Assembly: GCA_038245295.1 (NCBI GenBank) | Contig: JBBRSP010000001.1 | Span: forward strand, 32,001-96,000 | Length of the DNA stretch: 64,000 bases | Origin: Candidatus Binatia bacterium | Lineage (GTDB): Bacteria > Desulfobacterota > Binatia > HRBIN30 | Direction of reading: 5' to 3' | Translations under genes and position numbers: made by a program | Notes under the pieces: generated by a model | Seen by the model: only the letters and a program-made list of their open reading frames with translations | What the model was told of the DNA's origin: nothing | Databases searched by the model: none | Shown: piece after piece, positions 17,773 through 26,783 of the stretch | How the letters are laid out: every line of letters starts with the position of its first letter | Numbering within the stretch: the first letter of the stretch is position 1

Positions 17773-18473
17773 AAAAGGATCACCCGCGTCCGTGCGGCTT
17801 CCCAAAGTCGTTCTTGGGCCTCGGGCCAGCGATCAAGAAATTCCTCGTCAAAGATAATGCGTAAGCGATCCGCCGTGTAGAAAATTAGCAAGCCACAGTC
17901 GTAGCGCCAACCTCTCGACGTGTCGCCGCCTGTGGCCGCATACATCGCCACCATATAGACCAGACGCGACAAATCGGCCTTTGTGCCGGCGTACTTCACC
18001 TCTCCCACTGCCCCAAACGGTAGGGGAAACTGCAATCGGAAGGCGGGAGCGATGGCGCGCGTCGGGGCCTTAAATACCGCCGCTGCACAATCGGTGAACT
18101 CTGGAACCTCGCTCCGCAGTCGTGCGAAGACGCGTTCGATGGCCGGCCGAGCCAGACCGAGCGCTGCCTCGTGCTGGGTAGGCCCCCTCTCTTCTCCTTC
18201 GTAGCGGAAGACCCGGAATGGGTCGGCCTCGACTTCGCGCTTGCGACACCATGCCACCAAAATGTCGTCGATCTTGTTGTAGAGAAGCCGTTGTCGAAAC
18301 GAGCTCTCGGTGTCGAATCTCTTCTTGGTGCGTTGCGCTTGCTCGTCACGAGCCTTTGCCAGAATCAAACGGACGCACTGCTTATCACCCAAGGTCTCGT
18401 CGGCCCTCAGATTACGTTCCAAGGTATCAAAGAACGCCCGCGCTGCCTCACGTTTTGGATCGAGGTTCACCAT
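17769..18473 (-). CDS. Hypothetical protein, possible PD-(D/E)XK-like fold
   Basis: AGGAG RBS; ATGA overlap with bamD; APAFRL..PLPFGAVGEVKY segment. Confidence 0.65.
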   Translation of the reverse strand: MVNLDPKREAARAFFDTLERNLRADETLGDKQCVRLILAKARDEQAQRTKKRFDTESSFRQRLLYNKIDDILVAWCRKREVEADPFRVFRYEGEERGPTQHEAALGLARPAIERVFARLRSEVPEFTDCAAAVFKAPTRAIAPAFRLQFPLPFGAVGEVKYAGTKADLSRLVYMVAMYAATGGDTSRGWRYDCGLLIFYTADRLRIIFDEEFLDRWPEAQERLWEAARTRVILL

Positions 18474-18529
18474 CTCGGGAATTTCTCCTTCGCGTCGATC
18501 TTCAGCGCTCGCGCAGCTCCCGCATCATG

Positions 18530-18557
18530 AAAAAGGCCCCGCCGAAGCAGGGCCTTT
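18530..18557 (-). terminator. Rho-independent terminator after tRNA-Gly
   Basis: AAAGGCCCTGC-TTCG-GCGGGGCCTTTTT on the minus strand. Confidence 0.85.
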
Positions 18558-18562
18558 GAGAG

Positions 18563-18636
18563 AGCGGGTGACCGGGGTCGAACCGGCGACCTTATGCTTG
18601 GCAAGCATACGCTCTAGCCAACTGAGCTACACCCGC
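18563..18636 (-). tRNA. tRNA-Gly(GCC), CCA not encoded
   Basis: GCGGGTGTAGCTCAGTTGGCTAGAGCGTATGCTTGCCAAGCATAAGGTCGCCGGTTCGACCCCGGTCACCCGCT forms a cloverleaf. Confidence 0.96.
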
Positions 18637-18706
18637 ATGCAGCGCTGCGCGACATAGCGAAGTCATATCGATGAGTCAAAGCGGATTCGCTCATTCCCGC
18701 CAGAAT

Positions 18707-19141
18707 TTACTCGGTCGGACCGGCCGCCGTCACCGTGATTTCGGTTTCGTCGTTATCTTGCACGCCGTTGACCGAATCAACAAGTTTCAACTTGACCTGA
18801 TAGGTGCCGGGTCGCGAGTAGACGTGCACCGGACTTGGTTCGTGTGAAGGTGGTGACCCGTCGCCAAAATCCCAAGTCGGTTCGCCTTCTGCGTCCGTGC
18901 ACATCCCCTCGGTGGTGAAGTGAATCTCAAGGGGTGCGGGCCCTTGCTCGAAGTCTGAATCGGCAACCACGACGCATGAGGGAGGCGGAGCGACCGGCGT
19001 GGCAAGGGTCGGTGCCGGCTTCGGTGCCGCCGGCAGGCGGCCTTCTTGCGGAATGGGCAGGGGGGCTTCGGGTGTTTCGTTGCAGCTCTGGCAGCCGGCG
19101 AGGCCGAGAGTGAGGCCCACGGCCATCATCAGATGCTTCAT
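18707..19141 (-). CDS. PKD-domain lipoprotein
   Basis: MKHLMMAVGLTLGLAG-C lipobox; WDFGDGS...HVYSRPGTY. Confidence 0.85.
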   Translation of the reverse strand: MKHLMMAVGLTLGLAGCQSCNETPEAPLPIPQEGRLPAAPKPAPTLATPVAPPPSCVVVADSDFEQGPAPLEIHFTTEGMCTDAEGEPTWDFGDGSPPSHEPSPVHVYSRPGTYQVKLKLVDSVNGVQDNDETEITVTAAGPTE

Positions 19142-19169
19142 TCCGTATTTCTCCTTCGGAGACCTGCCG

Positions 19170-19919
19170 CTAGTTCTCGGCGTTGTCGTCGACGGTAATC
19201 GTGGCGTCGCGTCGAGCGATTTGTCCTTGGGCGTTGGTCGCGGTGACCAACACGGTGTATTCACCGGGCTGCCGATAGGTATGCGTCGCTGTATTTGTGG
19301 AGTCGCGCGCGCCATCGCCGAAATCCCACTGAACCGTGATGGGACCGGGAATATCTTCATCGACGGTGGCGGCAAATTGGACGTGTAACGGCGCTCGGCC
19401 CACATCCGGATCTGCTTCGATCTCGACCTCGAAACCTTCTTCCTCGACGGTGATGCTTACATCGTCGACGTCATCGACGCCGGGCCCCGTGCCGCGCAGC
19501 GTGGCGACATACTCGCCCGCTGACTGGTACGTATGTGTTGCATTGAGGCCGTTCGCGGTTGTGCCATCACCGAAATCCCAACGGTAGCGGACCCCGGCAA
19601 CACCTTCGTTGACCTCGCCTTCGAACGTGACCTGCAGCGGCGCGCCGCCGCTACTTGGTTCGGCGTTCGCTCGAAGCGCCAGCCCAGGCGCCGGTTGATT
19701 GCTGTCAGAGACTGGGGAGCGTTCCAATCGCGGCGTTGGCTTTGTTGCCCCCTTCTCGTCGAGGCTTTTTGAACGCTCGGCGAAGGCGGGGGATGGTGTC
19801 GCTTTTGCCGCGTGCGAAGTGGCGGTGGAATCAGACGCCTTGTCGCAGGACGCGAGGACCAACGCACCTCCGATCGCACCGACGACGATCAAACTACGGC
19901 GAGCCCAAGACAACTGCAT
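19170..19919 (-). CDS. Lipoprotein with two PKD domains
   Basis: LVLAS-C lipobox; two WDFGDG..THTY..(A/P)GEY motifs. Confidence 0.85.
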   Translation of the reverse strand: MQLSWARRSLIVVGAIGGALVLASCDKASDSTATSHAAKATPSPAFAERSKSLDEKGATKPTPRLERSPVSDSNQPAPGLALRANAEPSSGGAPLQVTFEGEVNEGVAGVRYRWDFGDGTTANGLNATHTYQSAGEYVATLRGTGPGVDDVDDVSITVEEEGFEVEIEADPDVGRAPLHVQFAATVDEDIPGPITVQWDFGDGARDSTNTATHTYRQPGEYTVLVTATNAQGQIARRDATITVDDNAEN

Positions 19920-20049
19920 TGTTCACTATGTAACCGTGCGCGTTTGCACGAGTCAACGTGCTGTCGCGGAGTGTGAGACGCAGGATGCAGCATTGCGTGG
20001 GTATCGGGGCCTTGCTATTGCACGCCGGCCTTTGACATTTTGCGCAAAC

Positions 20050-20121
20050 GGCGGCGTACCCAAGTGGTAAGGGAGAGGTCTGCAAAACCTTTATGCACCG
20101 GTTCGAATCCGGTCGCCGCCT
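20050..20121 (+). tRNA. tRNA-Cys(GCA), CCA not encoded
   Basis: GGCGGCGTACCCAAGTGGTAAGGGAGAGGTCTGCAAAACCTTTATGCACCGGTTCGAATCCGGTCGCCGCCT. Confidence 0.95.
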
Positions 20122-20264
20122 TCCTTTCTCCGTCCAACCCCAACAAATTTCCTCTGCAGAACCGGGCCAGCGGTGCGAGCATAGGCATGTTGTGCGTCGG
20201 TGCCGTATGCGCCAGCGCCTGATCAAGCCCTGGCACATCCGACACCGCTGCGGGAGAAAACTGT

Positions 20265-20753
20265 TTAGAGCTTCGACAAGACTGTTTCGGCGCTGGACAC
20301 GTCGAGACCACCCTTCGGCTCGACCAGAAGCTCGGTGACCTTACCGTCTTTGACAATCATCGCGTAGCGCTGTGACCGCGATCCCATCCCAAAACCGCTG
20401 GCATCCATGGCCAGGCCGACTGCCTTGGTGAAGTCGCCATTTCCGTCGGCAAGCAGTCTGACCTTGCCCTTGGCCTTCTGGGCCTCGCCCCAGGCTCCCA
20501 TCACAAATGCATCGTTCACCGATACGCAGACGATCTCATCGACGCCTTTGCCGCGAATCTCGTCCGACTTTTCCACGAAGCCCGGCAGGTGGCGCGCCGA
20601 ACACGTCGGCGTGAAGGCTCCCGGAACGGCGAACACGACGACGGTGTGTCCCTTGAAAAGATCACTCAGGGGAACATCTTTGGGCCCCCCATCGGTCATT
20701 TCTTTTAGGCTGAGATTCAAAGGTAATTGCTCTCCAGCTTTGATCGACATCAT
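20265..20753 (-). CDS. Peroxiredoxin, Prx5 type
   Basis: VPGAFTPTCSARHLPG, SVNDAFVM, RSQRYA. Confidence 0.92.
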   Translation of the reverse strand: MMSIKAGEQLPLNLSLKEMTDGGPKDVPLSDLFKGHTVVVFAVPGAFTPTCSARHLPGFVEKSDEIRGKGVDEIVCVSVNDAFVMGAWGEAQKAKGKVRLLADGNGDFTKAVGLAMDASGFGMGSRSQRYAMIVKDGKVTELLVEPKGGLDVSSAETVLSKL

Positions 20754-20832
20754 TCTCTCCTTCTTGTGGTTTGCTCGGCAAAGCCGGGGGCCAACCGCGG
20801 CCGGCTTCAGAACTCCGCAGCAACGATCCGAG

Positions 20833-21531
20833 TCACTTTACCAGATCGTCGGATTTGAAACCGAGTTGGGTGTGTGATCCGTCGCAGAAAGGCTTATTCT
20901 TCGACTGACCGCAGCGGCAGAGGTAGACAGGGTCTTCCTCGAGCTTGAAGCTGTTGCGTTTGGCATCGACGATGTCGACGGCGCCCTTGATCTCGTAGGG
21001 GCCGTCCTTCAACACTTTGATCCGCACATCAGGCATCGACAGTTCCTCCTCACGCCGCTCCGTACTCGCGCCTGCCCCCGGGTTCAAGAGCATACTGTTG
21101 TCATTCGGCAGGCGACCCAGTAACTCGCGTTGCGCCGGCAGCATCATGCTGACAGCCTTCTCCAACAGGTAGAATCGGCACACGTCGTTTTCCAAATCAT
21201 GGCTGACACAACGGCCGTCGGCATCGATCGCGGTCGTACACGTCGCTCGCACGGTGGCCCAGAAGGCGTGCACAATCTTGCCCGAGCGCTGTTCAATATG
21301 CCCGAGCTCCATATGGACATCGACGGACACGCCGGTTTCTTCGAATGTTTCTCTCGCCGCCGCCTCTTGCGGCGTTTCACCCTCCTCGATGGCACCCTTG
21401 GGAATGCCGAACAGTGGCCGCTTGAAGGTGGCGCCGCGCGGGTGCACGAGGAGAACCTCGAGTCCCTGCACACCCATTCGCGTCACAACACATCCCGCAG
21501 ATTGCGCCGGCTTCGAGCGCCGGGTTGTCAC
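20833..21531 (-). CDS. NUDIX hydrolase in frame with a CDGSH iron-sulfur domain (CDGSH part probably also made alone from ATG 21036)
   Basis: Nudix box GAIEEGETPQEAAARETFEETG; C-terminal LCRCGQSKNKPFCDGSH; GAGGAGG RBS before internal ATG 21036. Confidence 0.8.
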   Translation of the reverse strand: MTTRRSKPAQSAGCVVTRMGVQGLEVLLVHPRGATFKRPLFGIPKGAIEEGETPQEAAARETFEETGVSVDVHMELGHIEQRSGKIVHAFWATVRATCTTAIDADGRCVSHDLENDVCRFYLLEKAVSMMLPAQRELLGRLPNDNSMLLNPGAGASTERREEELSMPDVRIKVLKDGPYEIKGAVDIVDAKRNSFKLEEDPVYLCRCGQSKNKPFCDGSHTQLGFKSDDLVK

Positions 21532-22406
21532 GCCTCAACCTCATTGGTTTTGGCAACCAAAGCAAAGTAGCGACCGCGATCCTTGATGATTCGTTGCTGG
21601 GTCGCGAAATCGATGTAGGTCAGTCCGAAACGTCGCGCATAGCCGTGGGCCCATTCGAAATTGTCGAGTAAGGACCGGCAAAAGTATCCCTGAAGTCGCG
21701 CGCCGTCCTGGATCGCCCGCTGCGCCGCCGCCAGATGGAGCGCCAGGTAGTCCACTCGTTGCGGATCATGGACGGCACCGTCCGCCACGACATCGTCGTA
21801 CGAAGCACCGATGTCGATGACCGGAGCGTTGTAATCGCGCGTGATGCGCATGAGCGCGTCATACAAGTGATCCGGGTACACTTCCCAGTTCATCATCGTG
21901 TGAGGGCGGCCTGCCTGCGGTACCGTTACGGTTCCCATCAGCAGGGAGGTTGGATCATCTTTGACAACGGCGCGCGTGTAACTGTTGTGACCCCGAAAAT
22001 CGATCGGCGGGCATACGATTTCCATATCCCCCGCCTCGATCGCTGGTGCGAGAGGCCCCAGCCGTTGCAGGATGTCAGCTGGATAACTTCCGAGCAGGGG
22101 TAGATCCCAGTACCAGCGATTCACCACGCCGTCGTAACGGCGTGCCGCTTCGCGGTCGGCATCCGAGTCCGCAGCCGGATATACGGGCATCGAGACTTCG
22201 GTGATGCCGAGAACGGCAACGTCTTCCGCGTAACGATGGTGGTGGTCGCACGCTACATCGCCGGTCTCGCCACGTTCGACCGTACCAGCCTTGTGGGAGA
22301 ACGTATCCCAGACCGAAGCACCCTTGCCGTCTTCGTTGGAGGCGCCTTCGATCTGGTATGCCGCCGTAGCGGCGCCCCACAGGAGCCCCTCGGGAAATCG
22401 GCGCAT
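21528..22406 (-). pseudogene. GH1 beta-glucosidase with in-frame internal deletions
   Basis: FPEGLLWGAATAAYQIEGA and SLLDNFEW retained; the large region containing the NEP motif is missing after YAEDVA; TENG reduced to DIGAS. Confidence 0.8.
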
Positions 22407-22497
22407 GCTTCCTCCTTGATGCAGCGCGCCTCGACAACGAATCTGGGGGCGGCGTCAAGGCAGCCTCTCCGGATCCTGTTCAGCGTCGCCACGTTCT

Positions 22498-22959
22498 TCA
22501 CGATACGTCGCGCCTGCCGCGGCGAGCCCGTGCCACGTTCAGGCGGGCGAATGCCGCGGCGAGTGCCGGGTCCTTGATCTCAGGAAGCTCGACCGTGGCG
22601 GTCTCGACGGTAGCCGTGACGGGTCGCGGCGTGGCTTCGGGCGGCCGCGGCGTCAATCTTCCGGCAACGAAGGCGATGTCACGCACCACGGGCTCGCCCA
22701 ATCGCGCATTCAGATGCTCGATGATCTGCGGGCGCATCATCTGCAATTCTTGCAACCAACTGTGCGATTCGACGTGCACCACAAGCACGCCGTCGGCGAA
22801 GCGCTCGGGCTGCGCGCGGCGCGCGATGTTGGCGCCGACGACTTCGTCCCAGCACGTCCAAATCAAGTACGGCCGCCAGTTGCGCCCGCGATTGGCGCGG
22901 CGCAGGAGAGACTCAACGAAGGAGCCAACTCGGTCTGGCGATGTGGTGCGGCGGCGCAT
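22498..22959 (-). CDS. dciA: DUF721 / DciA replicative-helicase-loader family protein
   Basis: WDEVVGANIARRAQP...GVLVVHVESHSWLQEL..I...LN. Confidence 0.8.
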   Translation of the reverse strand: MRRRTTSPDRVGSFVESLLRRANRGRNWRPYLIWTCWDEVVGANIARRAQPERFADGVLVVHVESHSWLQELQMMRPQIIEHLNARLGEPVVRDIAFVAGRLTPRPPEATPRPVTATVETATVELPEIKDPALAAAFARLNVARARRGRRDVS

Positions 22960-23014
22960 GCCAACCAACCATACGTGCCGCCGCCAAGAAAAACGAGGAT
23001 CGTGCTCGGAAGAT

Positions 23015-23068
23015 TTGACAACCCCATATGTAGTGGTGTAGGTAGCCGGGTCTCACAACTGGTTGGGG
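23015..23068 (+). promoter_or_regulatory. nrdJ promoter region: TTGACA plus two NrdR-like boxes
   Basis: TTGACA 23015-20; ACCCCATATGTAGTGG (23021-36) and TCACAACTGGTTGGGG (23053-68), 32 nt apart. Confidence 0.75.
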
Positions 23069-23139
23069 AATCTGGGGAGACGGGCCTGGCTCAGGAGTGA
23101 GAAACAACGTCAACGATAGCGCGGAAAAGAGGTCGAGCG

Positions 23140-25929
23140 ATGGGCGAACCAGTGCGGAGGAAGAGGGCGGAAGGGCAGGGCGGAACGCAAGCGCTTGCAG
23201 CCGAACAACAACGGCCGGTCTCATCCGGGGCGCGGCAGGGGCTACGCTTCGAGCGCTACTTCACGACGCCACAAGTTGATCCGTTCGACGCCGTCGAGTG
23301 GGAGCACCGCAGTGCGGTCATCTCCGGCGAAAAGGGCGAGGTCGTCTTCGAGCAGCACAATGTCGAGATCCCCAAAGCGTGGTCGCAATTGGCCACCAGC
23401 GTCGTCGTGTCGAAATACTTCCGCGGTCCGCTCGGTAGCCCGGAGCGCGAGCACAGTGTCCGCCAGCTCATCGGGCGCGTCGTACGCACGATTCGCGGCT
23501 GGGGCGAGAAGCAAGGATATTTCGCCTCGCCGGCGGATGCCGATACGTTCACGGCGGAGTTGACCCATTTACTCGTGAACCAGAAGATGGCCTTCAACAG
23601 CCCGGTCTGGTTCAACGTCGGCATCGAGCCGCGGCCCCAGTGCTCGGCGTGTTTCATCCTGTCTGTCAACGATACGATGGAAGGCATTCTTGGCTGGTAC
23701 CGCAATGAAGGCATCATCTTCAAAGGCGGCTCCGGCTCGGGGGTGAACCTGTCGCGTATCCGTTCGTCACGCGAGAAGCTCGCCGGCGGCGGTACCGCCT
23801 CGGGGCCGGTGTCGTTCATGAAAGCCGCCGACGCCTCGGCGGGGGTGATCAAGTCGGGGGGCAAGACCCGTCGCGCCGCCAAAATGGTAGTGTTGGACGT
23901 TGACCATCCGGATATCGTCGACTTCATCCGTTGCAAGGAAGAAGAAGAGAAAAAGGCGTGGGCCTTGATTGACGCGGGTTATGACAGCTCGCTCGACGGG
24001 CCGGCGTACGGTTCGGTTTTCTTCCAGAATGCCAACAACTCGGTGCGCGCCACCGACGCCTTCATGCGTGCGGTTGAGCAGGATGGTGTGTGGCAGACAC
24101 GTTACGTGCTCGATGGCGAGCCGGCGGAAACCTACAAGGCGCGCGATGTGATGCGCCTGATCGCCGAGGCCACGTGGGTCTGCGGCGATCCGGGTATGCA
24201 GTTCGACACGACGATCAACAACTGGCACACCTGCCCGAACGCCGGCCGAATCAACGCCTCCAATCCGTGTTCCGAGTACATGCACCTCGATAACTCGGCC
24301 TGTAACCTGGCGTCGCTCAACCTGATGAAGTTCATCAGCGACGAAGGTGATTTCGACGTCGAGGCATTCCGGCGGGCGGTAGCGATCACCATCACCGCGC
24401 AAGATATTGTTGTCGACAACTCGAGCTATCCGACAGCGGAGATCGAAGCCAACGCACATGCCTTCCGCGAGCTTGGCCTAGGCTACGCTAACCTCGGCGC
24501 GCTTCTGATGTCGCTTGGTTTGCCATACGACTCCGAAGCCGGCCGCCAGTATGCCGGAGCCGTTACGGCCTTGATGTGCGGCGAAGCCTATCTGCAGTCG
24601 GCGCGCGTCGCCGAACAGATGGGACCGTTTGCCGGTTACGCGGCGGACAGCGAAGCCACTCTCAATGTCATCGCCAAACATCGCGGCCAGGCCTACAAGC
24701 TCGATCCGACGTTTGTGCCCCTCGATCTGCTGAGTGCGTCGCGCACCTCTTGGGACGAGGCGTTGGCGTACAGCCAGAAACACGGCGTCCGCAACTCGCA
24801 GGCCACCGTATTGGCCCCGACGGGCACGATCGCCTTCATGATGGACTGCGATACGACCGGTGTCGAACCTGACATCGCGCTGGTGAAGTACAAGAAACTG
24901 GTCGGTGGCGGCATGTTGAAGATCGTCAACAACACCGTGCCGCGCGCCCTCAAACGTCTCGGGTATGAGTCGCGTGAAGTTCAGAACATCGTCGAACACA
25001 TCGACGAGCACGACACGATTGAAGGCGCTCCCGACCTGAAAGACGAGCACCTTCCGGTTTTCGATTGCGCCTTCAAGCCGGCTCAGGGAATTCGCTTCAT
25101 TCACCACATGGGCCACCTGCGCATGATGGGATCGACGCAGCCGTTTATTTCCGGCGCGATCTCCAAGACCATCAATATGCCACACTCCGCTTCGGTGGAA
25201 GACATCATGGATGCCTACAGCGAAGCCTGGCGGCTGGGCGTCAAGGCGGTGGCGATCTACCGCGACGGTTGCAAGCGAACGCAACCACTCAATACGTCGA
25301 AGAAGAGTGATCGCGCCGCCGCCACGACGGCCGCCGCCCCCGAGTTCCATCCGGTGCGTCGACGCCTTGGCAACGAATGCCGTTCGGTGCGCCACAAGTT
25401 CGATATCGCCGGACACGAGGGTTACATCCACATCGGCATGTACGACGATGGCCAACCAGGCGAGATCTTCATCAAGATCGCCAAGGAAGGCAGCACCGTC
25501 TCGGGCCTCATGGATACGATCGGGATCCTCACGTCGATGGCGTTGCAGTATGGCGTGCCGCTCGAAGTCCTCGTTGATAAGTTCAGTCACGTTCGGTTCG
25601 AACCGTCCGGATTCACCAAGAACCCGGATATCCCGATCGCCAAATCCCTGATCGACTACATCTTCCGTTACATGGGCTCACGCTTCATGAACGCCGAGCA
25701 ACGTAGCCAGATCGGCATCCTCGGTGGCGAGGGAATCGAAGCTCCATCGGGTGAGGCGGCGGCGAATGCGCCGACGCCGGCGGGCGCGGCACTGAGCCAT
25801 TCGGTGTCGGCTCTGGGCTTCAGCCCGCAAGCCGACGCACCAAGCTGCCACGAGTGTGGCTCGATCATGGTGCGCAACGGCAGCTGTTACAAATGTCTCA
25901 ATTGCGGAACGACGAGCGGGTGCTCTTGA
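23140..25929 (+). CDS. nrdJ: Class II (adenosylcobalamin-dependent) ribonucleotide reductase with TSCPD domain and C-terminal Zn ribbon
   Basis: FNSPVWFN, QCSACFI, SNPCSEY, APTGTI, ISKTIN, CxxC..CYKCLNCGTTSGCS. Confidence 0.96.
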   Translation: MGEPVRRKRAEGQGGTQALAAEQQRPVSSGARQGLRFERYFTTPQVDPFDAVEWEHRSAVISGEKGEVVFEQHNVEIPKAWSQLATSVVVSKYFRGPLGSPEREHSVRQLIGRVVRTIRGWGEKQGYFASPADADTFTAELTHLLVNQKMAFNSPVWFNVGIEPRPQCSACFILSVNDTMEGILGWYRNEGIIFKGGSGSGVNLSRIRSSREKLAGGGTASGPVSFMKAADASAGVIKSGGKTRRAAKMVVLDVDHPDIVDFIRCKEEEEKKAWALIDAGYDSSLDGPAYGSVFFQNANNSVRATDAFMRAVEQDGVWQTRYVLDGEPAETYKARDVMRLIAEATWVCGDPGMQFDTTINNWHTCPNAGRINASNPCSEYMHLDNSACNLASLNLMKFISDEGDFDVEAFRRAVAITITAQDIVVDNSSYPTAEIEANAHAFRELGLGYANLGALLMSLGLPYDSEAGRQYAGAVTALMCGEAYLQSARVAEQMGPFAGYAADSEATLNVIAKHRGQAYKLDPTFVPLDLLSASRTSWDEALAYSQKHGVRNSQATVLAPTGTIAFMMDCDTTGVEPDIALVKYKKLVGGGMLKIVNNTVPRALKRLGYESREVQNIVEHIDEHDTIEGAPDLKDEHLPVFDCAFKPAQGIRFIHHMGHLRMMGSTQPFISGAISKTINMPHSASVEDIMDAYSEAWRLGVKAVAIYRDGCKRTQPLNTSKKSDRAAATTAAAPEFHPVRRRLGNECRSVRHKFDIAGHEGYIHIGMYDDGQPGEIFIKIAKEGSTVSGLMDTIGILTSMALQYGVPLEVLVDKFSHVRFEPSGFTKNPDIPIAKSLIDYIFRYMGSRFMNAEQRSQIGILGGEGIEAPSGEAAANAPTPAGAALSHSVSALGFSPQADAPSCHECGSIMVRNGSCYKCLNCGTTSGCS

Positions 25930-26043
25930 GGGCTCGGCGTCGTTCGTAAGCTGTGGAGGGGAAGGCCGCGTGGTGCGGAGTGGTTGTGTGGGGCCTTCCT
26001 CGTGGTGGTGTGGTGGCGGCCGAGGTTGACTCGGGCGGGGCGC

Positions 26044-26682
26044 CTATTCCAGGCGCCCCGCTGCTGGACTCCCAGTTGTTGTGTGGATCAACCGCTGGAA
26101 GAGTGTAATCTTTAAATGCTCGACGAGATCCGTGGCTTGTGCCGGGGATTCGCCGTCCATGAACTGTTGGACCAGAATCCCCGCCAAAGTCACCATGGTC
26201 AATCCCGCATCTCGCGCCGCATCCGCGTCGCGGCGGAATACACCATCCCGCTGACCCATTTCAATGATTTGTTGGAGCGACCCGCGGAATAGGCTGTAGA
26301 GCTCGCTCACACGCCGGAACCCTTCTTCATCAGATTGGTCGTGGCGCAGCACGAGACTCAAGAAGAACCGTACCGAATACACGTTGTCGGTCACGAAATC
26401 GTAGAATGAGTCGATCAACTTGGCGATCTGATCCTGCGGGCTCTGCCCTTGCGGCTCATCCAGGTCGATGAAGTAGGGCTCGAGCGTTTTCTGCAGAGCG
26501 CTGCGGTAAAGCTGCTCTTTGTTTTCAAAGTGCCAGAAGATCAACGCCTTACTGACGTTCGCCTGCCGCGCTACTTGAGACAGCGATGTCGTGTCGTATC
26601 CCTGCTGTGCGAAGAGGGCCACCGCCGCTTCCAAGATCTTCTCGCGCGCTTGCAGCGCTTCTACGTCGTGTTGAATCTCCAT
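26044..26682 (-). CDS. TetR/AcrR family regulator
   Basis: ILEAAVALFAQQGYDTTSLSQVARQANVSKALIFWHFENKEQL. Confidence 0.9.
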   Translation of the reverse strand: MEIQHDVEALQAREKILEAAVALFAQQGYDTTSLSQVARQANVSKALIFWHFENKEQLYRSALQKTLEPYFIDLDEPQGQSPQDQIAKLIDSFYDFVTDNVYSVRFFLSLVLRHDQSDEEGFRRVSELYSLFRGSLQQIIEMGQRDGVFRRDADAARDAGLTMVTLAGILVQQFMDGESPAQATDLVEHLKITLFQRLIHTTTGSPAAGRLE

Positions 26683-26704
26683 CGATCGACTCAATGCGGT
26701 CCTG

Positions 26705-26734
26705 AAGCTACGGGAAAGGGCTGCCGTGTGTCAA
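26705..26734 (-). promoter_or_regulatory. Sigma70-type promoter for the TetR gene
   Basis: TTGACA-N18-TAGCTT. Confidence 0.45.
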
Positions 26735-26783
26735 CGAGCTTTCGCTTGCATACCCCCCCGCTAATCGGGCAGGTTGTTGAGCC

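Noticed and set aside
20122..22450. Genomic island integrated at tRNA-Cys
   Set aside because: No integrase and no duplicated tRNA 3' end found by eye.
22970..23139. Cobalamin riboswitch upstream of nrdJ
   Set aside because: The region is short, has no recognisable B12-box, and is explained by the promoter and NrdR-like boxes.
25945..26005. GTGG-rich imperfect hairpin after nrdJ as an ncRNA
   Set aside because: Most simply a terminator-like stem between convergent genes; no further support.
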